Below, in pieces: positions 1 through 9,679 of a stretch of DNA of 64,000 nucleotides. The translations under genes and the position numbers were made by a program. Location of the stretch: assembly GCA_040377605.1 (NCBI GenBank), contig JBEIOK010000001.1:11540-75539 (forward strand), written 5' to 3'. Every line of letters begins with the position of its first letter. Within the stretch, counting starts at the first letter, position 1. The notes beneath the pieces are model-generated. The model saw only the letters and a list, made by a program, of their open reading frames with translations, had not been told where the DNA came from and did not search any database. Source of the DNA: Nevskiaceae bacterium. GTDB taxonomy: Bacteria; Pseudomonadota; Gammaproteobacteria; Nevskiales; Nevskiaceae.

Positions 1-160
1 ACAGCCAGCGGACCTCTACTGCATTCTCCTTGGACACTGTGGGCTCCTGTTCTCGCATAGGGGCACGCACCGCCGACCGGCCTCGCAGCCCTCGGCGGTG
101 GTGGGCTTCCATCGTTGGGAAACCAGCATCAAGGGATACGCGTCCGTGCCCGAGGGCGCC

Positions 161-178
161 ATCCCCCAAGCGGACGAT
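161..178. promoter_or_regulatory. Candidate 7-4-7 operator (ATCCCCC-AAGC-GGACGAT)
   Basis: Matches the pseudo-palindrome ATCGTCC-N4-GGACGAT seen at several other promoters in the window; upstream of the SDR at 325. Confidence 0.5.
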
Positions 179-324
179 CCGCACTGCAGCAAAGCGCCTG
201 GAGATCACCTGGCGGGCCCGGGCCACCGGTGGCACGGCACCCATCATGCGTTCGGGTGAAGCCGCGCCAGCCCGGGCTTCCGAAGATGCAGACCAAGCAC
301 AACATTCCAGAACGAGGAGACAGC

Positions 325-1104
325 ATGGCCCGCTTGCAGAACAAGGTGGCAATCATCACCGGGGGTGCCCGCGGCATGGGGGCGGCCACCTCGCGCGTGT
401 TTGCGCAGGAAGGCGCGAAGGTCGTGATCGCCGACGTACTCGATGCAGAAGGCGCCAAGCTCGCCGCCGAGATCGGCAAGTCCGCCCTTTTCGTCCATCA
501 CGATGTCACGGACGAGAACGCCTGGGCCTCGCTGCTGGACACCACGGCCAAGACCTTCGGGCCGGTCGACGCGCTAGTCAACAACGCCGGGGTGCTGCTG
601 TTCCGCACGCTGGCCGAGACCAGCAAGGCCGACTTCGAGCGCGTGCTCAACATCAATCTGGTGGGCACCTTCCTCGGCACCAAGCTGGTCGGTCTGCAGA
701 TGGCGGCGCGCGGGCGCGGCAGCATCGTCAACATCTCCTCGGTCGATGGCATGAAGGGCGCCAACGGCCTCGGCGCCTACTGCGCCAGCAAGTGGGGCAT
801 TCGAGGCCTGACGCGCGTGGCGGCGATGGAATTCGGCCACAAGGGCGTGCGCGTCAACTCGGTGCACCCGGGCGGCGTCGACACGGCCATGGGCAATCCC
901 TACGCCGAGCAGAAGGCCGATGTGAACAAGCGCTACACGATGGTGCCGCTGCAGCGGGTCGGCGAGCCGGAGGAAGTCGCGCGCACCTCGCTGTTTCTGG
1001 CCAGCGACGAGTCCTCCTATCTCTGCGGGGCCGAGATCGCCGTCGATGGCGGCATGCTGACCGGCCAGTACTACGTCGGCTTCCCTGGCGCACCGGGCGT
1101 CTGA
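325..1104 (+). CDS. SDR family oxidoreductase (3alpha,20beta-hydroxysteroid dehydrogenase-like)
   Basis: TGGARGMG Rossmann motif, NNAG, YCASK catalytic motif; RBS AGGAGA at 315-320 before ATG 325. Confidence 0.9.
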   Translation: MARLQNKVAIITGGARGMGAATSRVFAQEGAKVVIADVLDAEGAKLAAEIGKSALFVHHDVTDENAWASLLDTTAKTFGPVDALVNNAGVLLFRTLAETSKADFERVLNINLVGTFLGTKLVGLQMAARGRGSIVNISSVDGMKGANGLGAYCASKWGIRGLTRVAAMEFGHKGVRVNSVHPGGVDTAMGNPYAEQKADVNKRYTMVPLQRVGEPEEVARTSLFLASDESSYLCGAEIAVDGGMLTGQYYVGFPGAPGV

Positions 1105-1111
1105 GCCGGCA

Positions 1112-2038
1112 ATGGCCGCAGCCCGCTGGAACGAACGCGAGATCCCGGATCTCCAGGGCAGGACCGCCCTGGTGACGGGTGCGAACAGCGGGCTGGGTCT
1201 GGCCACCGCGCAAGCACTGGCACTGCGCGGCGCGCAGGTGCTGATGGCCTGTCGCGGCGCAGACAAAGCACAGACAGCAATCGCGGCGATCCGCACGGCG
1301 GTTCCGGATGCGCGGCTGCAGCCGCTGTCGCTGGACCTGTCGGACCTGTCATCGGTGCGTGCGGCCGCCGACGAAGTGCGGCGCGCACACCCGAAACTGG
1401 ATCTGCTGATCAACAACGCCGGTGTGATGGCGACGCCGTACGGCAAGACCCGCGACGGCTTCGAGCTGCAGTTCGGCACCAACCATCTCGGTCACTTCGC
1501 GCTGACCGGCCTGCTGCTCGACTCCCTGCTCGCCGCACCGGCGGCCCGTGTTGTCACGATCAGCAGCCTGACGCATCGCCGCGCCACGCTGCCGATCGAC
1601 GATCTGCACTGGGAGCGCGAGCGCTATTCGCGGGCCGGCGCCTACGGCCGTTCCAAGCTGGCGAATCTGATGTTCATGCTGGAACTGGACCGCCGCCTGC
1701 GTCGGCGCGGAGCGGCGGCGCTCAGCGTCGCCGCGCATCCGGGCTATGCGGCCACCAATATCGGCTTCGGTGGCGGCAGCAGGACGTCCCTGTTCGGCCG
1801 CCTGATCACGATCGGCAATGTGCTGCTGGCCCAACCCGCCGCGCTGGGGGCGCTGCCGACCTTGTACGCGGCGACCGCCGCCGATGTGCAGGGCGGTGAG
1901 TATTTCGGCCCGAATGGTCCGCTGCAGTTCCGCGGCTACCCGGTGCGCGTCCGCAGCAGCGCGCGGGCCCGCGACGCCGGGCTGGCGGCGCAGCTGTGGC
2001 AGGCCTCGGAACGGATGACCGGCGTGCATTTCGCCTGA
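1112..2038 (+). CDS. SDR oxidoreductase (retinol dehydrogenase-like)
   Basis: TGANSGLG, NNAGVM, TNHLGHFALT, YGRSK; starts 7 nt after the previous stop. Confidence 0.9.
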   Translation: MAAARWNEREIPDLQGRTALVTGANSGLGLATAQALALRGAQVLMACRGADKAQTAIAAIRTAVPDARLQPLSLDLSDLSSVRAAADEVRRAHPKLDLLINNAGVMATPYGKTRDGFELQFGTNHLGHFALTGLLLDSLLAAPAARVVTISSLTHRRATLPIDDLHWERERYSRAGAYGRSKLANLMFMLELDRRLRRRGAAALSVAAHPGYAATNIGFGGGSRTSLFGRLITIGNVLLAQPAALGALPTLYAATAADVQGGEYFGPNGPLQFRGYPVRVRSSARARDAGLAAQLWQASERMTGVHFA

Positions 2039-2107
2039 GAAACCACCGATTCGCCGCGGGCAATGGCCAGCGCTAAGCTGAACCCACTACAAGGAGGAGA
2101 GTCCCCC

Positions 2108-3511
2108 ATGCGTATCCCCGAGTGGCGGCTGGCGGCGCTGTGCTCGCTTGCGTTGACAGTCGGCGCCTGCGGCAGCAGCGATCTGGCCGGTGACCTGCCT
2201 CCCAACGCCGCCGCCAGCGGCACTGCAACGCTGAAATGCGCCCTGCCCGCCAGCGGCAGTGAATTCGAGGCCAGGGACGCCGAGGCGCTGAACCTCGATC
2301 CCGCCGCCGTCGCCGAAGCGACGCGCTACGCCAATCTCACCAACGCGGTGTCGATCCGCGTCTACCGCTACGGCTGCCTCGCCGGCACCGGCGCGCTCGA
2401 TCCGCTCACCGGCGGCATTCCGAACAACGTCTGGAGCACGACCAAGGGCGTGGTCTCGCTGCTCACCGGCCGCGCGGCGCAGCTCGGTTACTTGGATCTC
2501 GACGATCCAATCGGCAAGTACGTGACCGAGGCCGACGCCGAGCACGGTGCGGTGACCATCCGGCAGATGCTGACGCAGAGCTCCGGCCTGCGCTTCGTGT
2601 GGACCGGCGACCTCAACCTCGGCAACCCGGATTCCGTGCGCTACACGCTGGCGCTGCCGTTCGACTTCGCGCCCGGCACCGAATTCACCTACGGCCAGAG
2701 CACGGTGACCCTGCTCGCGCACACGGTGGAACGCGCGGTCGGCGAGGATCTGCAGGCCTTCGCGCAGCGCGAACTGTTCGACAAAGTCGGCATCGCGCGC
2801 GACGACTGGTTCTGGCTACGCGACCGCGCCGGCCACACGCACGGCTACGCCTTCCTGTTCACGGCGCCGAAGAATCTTGCGCGCCTCGGCCACCTGATGC
2901 TCGATCGGGGCCGCTGGAACGGCGAGCAGCTGCTGGCGCCGGAATACGTATCGAAGGCCGGTCGCGCCTCGTCGACCAACGGCTTCTACGGCTACCTGTT
3001 GTGGAGCAACGAGGGCGACAGCGGCTATACGGTGGAGATCCCGGACAGCCGCGAACTGCAGCGTCCGCTGATCGCCTCGGCGCCGCGCGACCTGTTCGCC
3101 TTCGTCGGTTTCCTCGACCAGATCGTGTTCGTGATCCCGAGCCTCGACATGGTCGTCGTACGCACCGGCTATCCCGGCAACTACACGCTGGAACTGCAGG
3201 AGACGCTGACTGCGCACTCCGGCAAATGGATGCACGAGTTCTTCCGCATCCTGATGCGCGGCGTCCGCGACCAGGCCATCGCCGACCCCGGCCCCTACGT
3301 CGGCAACGACTTCGTCGCGCTGGACCTGCAGTACTTCGCCGACCCGGCGACGGTCCTCGGCAGCCTCGCGCTCGGCCCGCAGGCGCCGGAAGACTGCAAC
3401 CTGCTCGGCTGCGATGGCGGCATCAGCTACGCCGGCCTGCTGCAGGCGGTGCCGGACATCGTCAGCGTCATTCTCGGCCAGCTCGGCCTGCCGGGTATCG
3501 AGGCTCCGTAA
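2108..3511 (+). CDS. Serine hydrolase, beta-lactamase/PBP family, lipoprotein
   Basis: SxxK (STTK), LDLDDPIGKY, lipobox LTVGAC; RBS AAGGAGG before ATG 2108. Confidence 0.85.
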   Translation: MRIPEWRLAALCSLALTVGACGSSDLAGDLPPNAAASGTATLKCALPASGSEFEARDAEALNLDPAAVAEATRYANLTNAVSIRVYRYGCLAGTGALDPLTGGIPNNVWSTTKGVVSLLTGRAAQLGYLDLDDPIGKYVTEADAEHGAVTIRQMLTQSSGLRFVWTGDLNLGNPDSVRYTLALPFDFAPGTEFTYGQSTVTLLAHTVERAVGEDLQAFAQRELFDKVGIARDDWFWLRDRAGHTHGYAFLFTAPKNLARLGHLMLDRGRWNGEQLLAPEYVSKAGRASSTNGFYGYLLWSNEGDSGYTVEIPDSRELQRPLIASAPRDLFAFVGFLDQIVFVIPSLDMVVVRTGYPGNYTLELQETLTAHSGKWMHEFFRILMRGVRDQAIADPGPYVGNDFVALDLQYFADPATVLGSLALGPQAPEDCNLLGCDGGISYAGLLQAVPDIVSVILGQLGLPGIEAP

Positions 3512-3519
3512 CCGCACGC

Positions 3520-3626
3520 CGTCATTCTGAGCCCTTCGACAGGCTCAGGGCAGGCTACGCGAAGAATCTTCTCTCCACGGGCAACGCGACGAGACAGAAG
3601 GTCCTTCGCTGGCGCTCAGGATGACG
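3520..3626. repeat. REP-like palindromic element
   Basis: Ends CGTCATTCTGAGC / GCTCAGGATGACG are inverted repeats with one mismatch; internal hairpin GAGCCCTTCGACAGGCTC; lies between convergent genes. Confidence 0.7.
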
Positions 3627-3628
3627 AC

Positions 3629-4330
3629 TCAGGTCGCGTCGTGAAAAATGACTCCCAGCGTACTGCGCTCACCCGAACGTAATTCGCTCACACCATGACG
3701 CAGCACCACGCGATAGTCACCACGTGAACCGACGACCGGCCGACGATGCACCGCGAAGATCGCGGCATCGCCCTGCTGCAGCGGTACGACGCGCGGACGC
3801 GACTGCATGCGCGGGCGCTGTTCCACCAGCAGGAACTCTCCGCCGCTGAACTCTTCCTGCGGCGCGCTCAGCAGCACGACCATCTGCAGCGGAAACGCGT
3901 GCTCGCCGTACAGGTCCTGGTGCAGGCAGTTGTAGTCGCCGGGTCCGTAGCGCAACAGCAAGGGCGTCGGCCGCGACTGCCCCGCCGCCGCGCAGCGCTC
4001 GACGAACTCCGCATGCGTCGCCGGATAACGCTGCGGCTCGCTCAGGCGTTCGGCCCAGGCATTGGCCAGCGGCACCAGTTGCGGATACACGCGCTCGCGC
4101 AGCGCCTGCACCAGCGGCGGCAGCGGATAGTCGAAGTAGCGGTATTCGCCACGGCCGTAGCCGTGACGCTGCATGATCACGCGCGAGCGGAACGCGGTCT
4201 TGCCATCGTCGTCGTACCGCTCGCGCATTGCGACGCAATGCTTCGTGTCCAGCAAACCGGGAATCGTCGTGACGCCGTCGGCATCCAGCGTCGCGCGGAT
4301 CGCAGCCCAGTCCAGATCGGCGAGCTTCAT
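3629..4330 (-). CDS. 2OG-Fe(II) oxygenase (ada-associated, DUF2086-like)
   Basis: HQD...RHGVS metal ligands, GGEF, EQRPRMQSR; ATGA overlap with the alkA stop. Confidence 0.85.
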   Translation of the reverse strand: MKLADLDWAAIRATLDADGVTTIPGLLDTKHCVAMRERYDDDGKTAFRSRVIMQRHGYGRGEYRYFDYPLPPLVQALRERVYPQLVPLANAWAERLSEPQRYPATHAEFVERCAAAGQSRPTPLLLRYGPGDYNCLHQDLYGEHAFPLQMVVLLSAPQEEFSGGEFLLVEQRPRMQSRPRVVPLQQGDAAIFAVHRRPVVGSRGDYRVVLRHGVSELRSGERSTLGVIFHDAT

Positions 4331-5133
4331 ATCGTACCGACCCACAGATGCGTCGCCGCCAGCGAGCGATACGGCCGCCAGGCTTCGGCTCGGGCAAGCA
4401 AGGCCTTGGGCGTGTCGATGCCGGCGGCGCGCATCAGGCCGACGTCGGATTCCGGAAACGCATCGGGCTCGCGGCCGAGTCGGATCGCGAGATAGCTGCG
4501 CGTCCACGGACCGAAGCCGGGCAGCTTCTGCAGCGCGGCGCTCAGTTCGGCCCACGGCGCATCCAGCGACAGGCGCCGATCGACGATGGCCTGCGCGAGT
4601 TCGCGCAGGGTCTGCACACGCTTGCCCGGCATGCCCATGTTCGACAGGTCGGCGGCGAGCACGGCCTGCGGCGTGACGACACCGGCACGGTCGATCAGGC
4701 GCTGCATCAAGGTGCCCGCCGCGGCGACCGTCACCTGCTGGCCGAGCACCGTGCGCACGCACAGCTCGAACGCGTCCCAGCTGCCGAGCGGCCGCAGTCC
4801 CGGCAGGTGCGCAATGCGCGGTGCGAGCACGGGGCAGTTGGCAAAGTGCGCCTGCCCCGGTCGCGGGTCTTCGTTGAGCGCGAACAACTGCGCGACGCGG
4901 CACTGGGCGTCGTCGATGTCGAGCGCGCCATCCGCGCGCAGTTCCAGATGACGCCCATCGCGCGACAGGCTCGCGCGCACCGTCGCGTCGCCAACACGGC
5001 GTTCGTAGCCGGTCTCGTCGACGCGCTCGAACGCGGTGATCCGACGCGGCTGCAGGTAACGCAGCATCGTCGGCCACGGAAACGCCGTGGGCACCGCGAG
5101 CCGCGCCAGCGGCTTTCCCGTCGTCACGCTCAC
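4327..5133 (-). CDS. alkA: DNA-3-methyladenine glycosylase II
   Basis: VLGQQVTV, HhH motif LPGFGPWT, DAFPESD, WRPYRS; GTGA overlap with the ada stop. Confidence 0.85.
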   Translation of the reverse strand: MSVTTGKPLARLAVPTAFPWPTMLRYLQPRRITAFERVDETGYERRVGDATVRASLSRDGRHLELRADGALDIDDAQCRVAQLFALNEDPRPGQAHFANCPVLAPRIAHLPGLRPLGSWDAFELCVRTVLGQQVTVAAAGTLMQRLIDRAGVVTPQAVLAADLSNMGMPGKRVQTLRELAQAIVDRRLSLDAPWAELSAALQKLPGFGPWTRSYLAIRLGREPDAFPESDVGLMRAAGIDTPKALLARAEAWRPYRSLAATHLWVGTI

Positions 5134-6209
5134 CGGCGATCCGCGGCGCGCGTGGCGCGCTCGTGGTCGATCAGCGCGCGCTTGCGCTCCAGGCCCCACT
5201 TGTAGCCACCCATGCTGCCGTCGCCGCGGATCACGCGATGGCAAGGAATCAGCAGCGCGACGTGGTTGGCGCCGCAGGCACTCGCGACCGCGCGCACGGC
5301 TTTCGGTTCACCGATCGCCTGCGCGACCTCGCTGTACGAACGCAGCTCGCCATACGGAATCTGCTGCAGGTAGGCCCACACCTTCATCTGGAACGCGGTG
5401 CCGCGCACGTCCATCGGCAGGTTCAGTGCACGCTGTCCGCCATCAAGATGACGACCCAGCGCCTGCATCCAGCGCTCGAACTCGAGGTGCTGCGCGTCGT
5501 TCATCGGCTCCAGCTGCGCCCCCGGATATTCCTCGCGCAGCCGCGTCAGCAATCGTTGCTCGCTGTCATCAAACTGTACGAAGCATAGCCCGCGATCGGT
5601 CGCGCCCATCATCAGCAGGCCCAGCGGTGTCTTCGACGTCGCCCAGGAAATCGCAACGCCTTCGCCGCCGGCGCGGTACTGCTTCGGCGTCATGCCCAGG
5701 CGCGTGCCGACCTTTTCGTAGACGCGGCTCGCGGAACCGAAGCCGGCGTCATAGATCGCGCGCGACACGCCCGCACCTTCACGCAGGCCTTGCTTGAGAC
5801 GCTGCAGCCGGCAGGCCTCGTGATACTGCTTCGGCGTCACGCCGGTCACGGCCTTGAACTGGCGCTGCAGGTGGAAGGGGCTCAAGTGCGCGCGGCGGCC
5901 CAGCGCGTCCAGGCTCAGCGGCTCGTCGGCATGTTGCTCGATGTAGCGGCAGAGGTCCTGGATCTTCGCCGTCGCCGGATCGGCAACCGGCTGCGTCGGC
6001 CGACAACGCTTGCAGGCGCGCAGGCCGTCGGCCTCGGCAGCGGCCGGCGTGTCGTAGAAGCGCACGTTCTTGCGCAGCGGTTGGCGCGAGGCACAGGACG
6101 GGCGGCAGTACACGCGCGTCGTGATCACACCGTAGTAGAAGCGGCCGTCCTGCGACGCGTCGCGCGTCGTCACGGCCTGCCAGCGGATGTCGTCGTCCAT
6201 CGTCTTCAC
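5130..6209 (-). CDS. ada: Bifunctional transcriptional activator / O6-methylguanine-DNA methyltransferase Ada
   Basis: YCRPSC and RACKRC Zn site, AraC HTH, IPCHRV active site; alternative start at 6200. Confidence 0.95.
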   Translation of the reverse strand: MKTMDDDIRWQAVTTRDASQDGRFYYGVITTRVYCRPSCASRQPLRKNVRFYDTPAAAEADGLRACKRCRPTQPVADPATAKIQDLCRYIEQHADEPLSLDALGRRAHLSPFHLQRQFKAVTGVTPKQYHEACRLQRLKQGLREGAGVSRAIYDAGFGSASRVYEKVGTRLGMTPKQYRAGGEGVAISWATSKTPLGLLMMGATDRGLCFVQFDDSEQRLLTRLREEYPGAQLEPMNDAQHLEFERWMQALGRHLDGGQRALNLPMDVRGTAFQMKVWAYLQQIPYGELRSYSEVAQAIGEPKAVRAVASACGANHVALLIPCHRVIRGDGSMGGYKWGLERKRALIDHERATRAADRR

Positions 6210-6281
6210 CTTTGCAGTCTAGCGGTGTGCGTAGACTGCGGGCGCGGACGGGTCGGGACGCTCCGGTTCTTGCGCTGTCGT

Positions 6282-7649
6282 TCAGCGCCGCCGGCAACGG
6301 CGCAGTAGGGCACCGAGGCCCAGCAACGCCATCAGCCAAGGGCCGGTCACACCGCCACCGCCGCTGCCGCCGCTGGTCGTCTCGCCCGCATTGTCCGGCA
6401 CGCTCGGCGTACCGCCGCCGGAAGAGGCGCTCGCCGGGTATAGGTAGGCGGCGCCGGCGCGATCATCCGCGCCAAGGCGCGCACCGCGGCCGTCGCCGTG
6501 GATCGTCGGACGCATCACCGCGTCGTCGAGCGCGCCGCTGCACGCGGGCAGTCCGTCGTCGCCGCAGGAGTGGCCGAGGCCGAGCGTATGCCCCAGCTCG
6601 TGCGTGAACAGTTCGGCGGCGTTGGCGTTGCTGCGTCGCGACAGCGTGCAGCCGACACCGTCCTGAACGACGACGTCGACTTCCTCGATGACGCGGAACG
6701 ACTGGCCGTTGACCGTGCGCAGGCCGTTGCTGCGATAGCCGGCGTAGGCCAGTACGCCACCGAGCGTGCAGTCGTAGATGCCGGCGATCTCGCCGAGCGG
6801 ATCGTTGAACAGCACCGTATTGATGCCGTCGCGGCGATCGAGCCCGCCGGTCGCGGCGGTGGTGCCGGCATAGACATAGCGGATGCGCGAGCCGGGATCG
6901 TCATTCCAGGCGGCAATGGCCTGCTGCACCTGCGCATAGCCGCCGCCCAGCACGCCGATCAGCGAAGCACTGCTCGCATAGAGGCTGACGCTGCGGCCCT
7001 CGTCAAACTCCATCCAGCGCGAGGGCGCCCCCTGGGTCGTGAACTTGGGTGCGGCCACCGGATCGGGGACCGCGGCGCTCCAGTAGTCCGGCGTGGGCTC
7101 GCCGCCCTGCGCGCGCTGCTGCAGCCAGCGCTGGAAACGCTCGAAATCGCGATTGGGTTCGACCGGGGCTGCCTGGGACTTCGCCAGCAGCGGCCGCGCC
7201 TCGTCCAGGTCGCGCAGCGCGAGCGTGCCGCCCCCGAGTGCCTCCCGGAGATGAAAGGCACCGAGCACCATCTGTCCGACCGACCAGGCACCGTCGCCGC
7301 GACGCTCCAGAAACACCAACACACGTTCGCCGTCGGCAAACCGTGGCGCCCCTGGCACGACCAGCGCGCCGTCGGCCTCGCGGTCGGCACTGCCGACGAC
7401 CGTGACATCGAGCGGCCCGACCTCCAGCGGTCCCTGCAGCACGCGCTCGACCTGCAAGCCGTAGTGACTCAGATCGGCGGACTGCGGCGATGACGCGCGC
7501 GACAGGACGGTCGCCACCACGATGGCTTCGGCACGCGCCGCGAGCGCGTCGTCGTCGATCGGCTGATAGCTCATCGCTCCGGCAGGGATGGCGATCAGAC
7601 TCACCACCGTCACGACCAGCGCAGCGCCCAGTTGGATGGAGGTGCGCAT
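6282..7649 (-). CDS. Matrixin-like (metzincin) metalloprotease with GlyGly-CTERM tail
   Basis: Signal peptide, HELGHTLGLGH, Met-turn AVMRP, C-terminal SGGGG + hydrophobic helix + RRCRRR. Confidence 0.85.
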   Translation of the reverse strand: MRTSIQLGAALVVTVVSLIAIPAGAMSYQPIDDDALAARAEAIVVATVLSRASSPQSADLSHYGLQVERVLQGPLEVGPLDVTVVGSADREADGALVVPGAPRFADGERVLVFLERRGDGAWSVGQMVLGAFHLREALGGGTLALRDLDEARPLLAKSQAAPVEPNRDFERFQRWLQQRAQGGEPTPDYWSAAVPDPVAAPKFTTQGAPSRWMEFDEGRSVSLYASSASLIGVLGGGYAQVQQAIAAWNDDPGSRIRYVYAGTTAATGGLDRRDGINTVLFNDPLGEIAGIYDCTLGGVLAYAGYRSNGLRTVNGQSFRVIEEVDVVVQDGVGCTLSRRSNANAAELFTHELGHTLGLGHSCGDDGLPACSGALDDAVMRPTIHGDGRGARLGADDRAGAAYLYPASASSGGGTPSVPDNAGETTSGGSGGGGVTGPWLMALLGLGALLRRCRRR

Positions 7650-7653
7650 CGGA

Positions 7654-8640
7654 TCAGAACAGTTCGACGGCCGCAGGCGAGCGCCGCGACAGATCGATCC
7701 TCGGTGACTCGCCGAAGCACACCGTGCGATTGCGACCCTGGCGTTTGGCATCGTAGAGCGCGCGATCGGCGCGATCGACGATGTCGGCAGGCCCCAGTCC
7801 GGGCTCGATCTCGGCACAGCCTATGCTGATGGTGATCTGGCCGACCTGTGGGAAATCGTGCCGCGCGACCTGCTCGCGCAGTCGCTCCATTGCCGCACGC
7901 GCACCTTGCAGGTCGTTGCGCGCCAGCACGACGGCAAACTCCTCGCCGCCGTAACGGAAGCAGCGGTCCTCGCCGCGGAATACCTGGCGAACGATGCGCG
8001 CCAGCAGCAACAGCACCTCGTCACCATACAGGTGTCCGTACCCATCGTTGATGCGCTTGAAATGATCGACGTCGAACAGCGCCAGCCACCAGCGCAGCGG
8101 CCCCCGCGGCGCGAGGCCGGGCATGCGCGGCTCCAGCGGCGGGGTCGTCAGCGTCAGTTCCGCCAGCTTGCCGAGGTGGCTGTCGAAGCTGCGGCGATTC
8201 GACAGACCCGTCAGTCGATCCTGCTCCGACTCCCGAATCAGTCCGGTGAAGTTGATGTAGAGCCGCGCCAGCGCCTCGACCAGGCGTGTGGGTTCTTCTT
8301 GCACACCGCCGCTCAGGCGCACCGCGAGCGCCTGCTCGCCGGACACGGGGTAGACCAGCAACGCACTGCCATCCGCGAGAGGCTCGACCGTCGGCAATCC
8401 GCCGAGGGCGCACGACACCGCGGCGGCGCGGCACTCGGGCCCCGTACCCGACCACAGGGCCGATGGCTCGGGGAATGCGCCGGCCGGATCGGAGGGCGCC
8501 AGATCGATGAAATCCGCAGCCTGCAGCGGCAACAGTTCACCGAGGGTGCGGATCAGGCTCTGCTTCAGGTGATCCGCGTCACGCTCGCGGGTGACGTTGG
8601 CGACGGACTCCAGCAACTGATAGACGTTGACCGTGGACAT
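7654..8640 (-). CDS. Diguanylate cyclase (GGDEF domain)
   Basis: DRLTGLSNRR, DVDHFKRIND, RYGGEEF, RxxD I-site (RGED). Confidence 0.92.
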   Translation of the reverse strand: MSTVNVYQLLESVANVTRERDADHLKQSLIRTLGELLPLQAADFIDLAPSDPAGAFPEPSALWSGTGPECRAAAVSCALGGLPTVEPLADGSALLVYPVSGEQALAVRLSGGVQEEPTRLVEALARLYINFTGLIRESEQDRLTGLSNRRSFDSHLGKLAELTLTTPPLEPRMPGLAPRGPLRWWLALFDVDHFKRINDGYGHLYGDEVLLLLARIVRQVFRGEDRCFRYGGEEFAVVLARNDLQGARAAMERLREQVARHDFPQVGQITISIGCAEIEPGLGPADIVDRADRALYDAKRQGRNRTVCFGESPRIDLSRRSPAAVELF

Positions 8641-8716
8641 GGACAGAACCGGCGGGGATCAAGGGTGTTATCGGCCCCCGCTGCAAGTTCTGAACCCGCC
8701 GCTCCGCCCGCAGGCG

Positions 8717-9679
8717 TCAGTTTCTTGACGCCGACCAGTCGTAGGGCTGTGCGGTCAGCGCCTCGCAGGCGCTCCACAGGCGACGGCGCTGCTCGAGGCT
8801 CTTCGCCGGCGCCGAGATCCGCACTCGCCTGGGGTTGCCGCGCATCTCGCCAATGCCCTCGGGGCCGTAGAACCCACCCCCCTCGGCCGCCTCGGCTGCC
8901 GCGGCATACAGGATCGAGCGGGCGCCCTGCCCCGGGCCCTGGCTGAACCAGCGCATGGCGATCCAGAAGCCGAGATCGGCCAGGTGATCGGTCAGGCTGC
9001 GGCGCTGCTGGCCCCGGCGGCTGTCACCGATCGACGTGCGCGAGACTCCAGGATGCGCAGCGGTTGCCGTCAATGCCAGGCCCGCCGCCTCGGCACGCGC
9101 CTGGGTTTCCATCGCCAGCATCAGACACGCCAGCTTGGCCTGGTTGTAGGCGCGCTGGTGCGCGTAGCTGCGCTCGGCATTGAGATCATCGAAATCGATA
9201 CGCGCGTGGCGGTGCACGAGGCTGGATACCCAGACCACGCGCGGAGCGCGGCTGCGCAGCAACGCCGGAAGCAACGCTCCGGTCAGCGCAAAATGGCCCA
9301 GGACGTTGACGCCGAACTTGAGCTCGAAGCCGTCGCGCGTCGTGGCGCGCTGCAGCGGCGGCAGCAGACCGGCGTTGTTGATCAGCAGGTCCAGCGGCTC
9401 GCCCCGTGCCCGCTGCTCCGCGGCAAACGTACGGACCTGGGCCAGATCCCCCAGGTCCAGTGCGGCAAAATTCAGCGCCGCACCCGGCAGCGTCTGGCGG
9501 ATGCGCGCGAGCGCTGCCATGCCCCCTTCGACATTGCGATCACTGAGCAGCACCTGCGCGCCACAGGCCGCCAGCCCCAGCGCGGTCTCGTAGCCCAGAC
9601 CACTGGCAGCGCCGGTCACCAACGCGCGCCGACCTCCAAGATCCGGCAGCTGCGCGCGCGCCCACACCAGGGTGCTCAT
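8717..9679 (-). CDS. SDR oxidoreductase (retinol dehydrogenase-like)
   Basis: TGAASGLG, NNAG, YNQAK; ATGA overlap with the upstream gene. Confidence 0.88.
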   Translation of the reverse strand: MSTLVWARAQLPDLGGRRALVTGAASGLGYETALGLAACGAQVLLSDRNVEGGMAALARIRQTLPGAALNFAALDLGDLAQVRTFAAEQRARGEPLDLLINNAGLLPPLQRATTRDGFELKFGVNVLGHFALTGALLPALLRSRAPRVVWVSSLVHRHARIDFDDLNAERSYAHQRAYNQAKLACLMLAMETQARAEAAGLALTATAAHPGVSRTSIGDSRRGQQRRSLTDHLADLGFWIAMRWFSQGPGQGARSILYAAAAEAAEGGGFYGPEGIGEMRGNPRRVRISAPAKSLEQRRRLWSACEALTAQPYDWSASRN

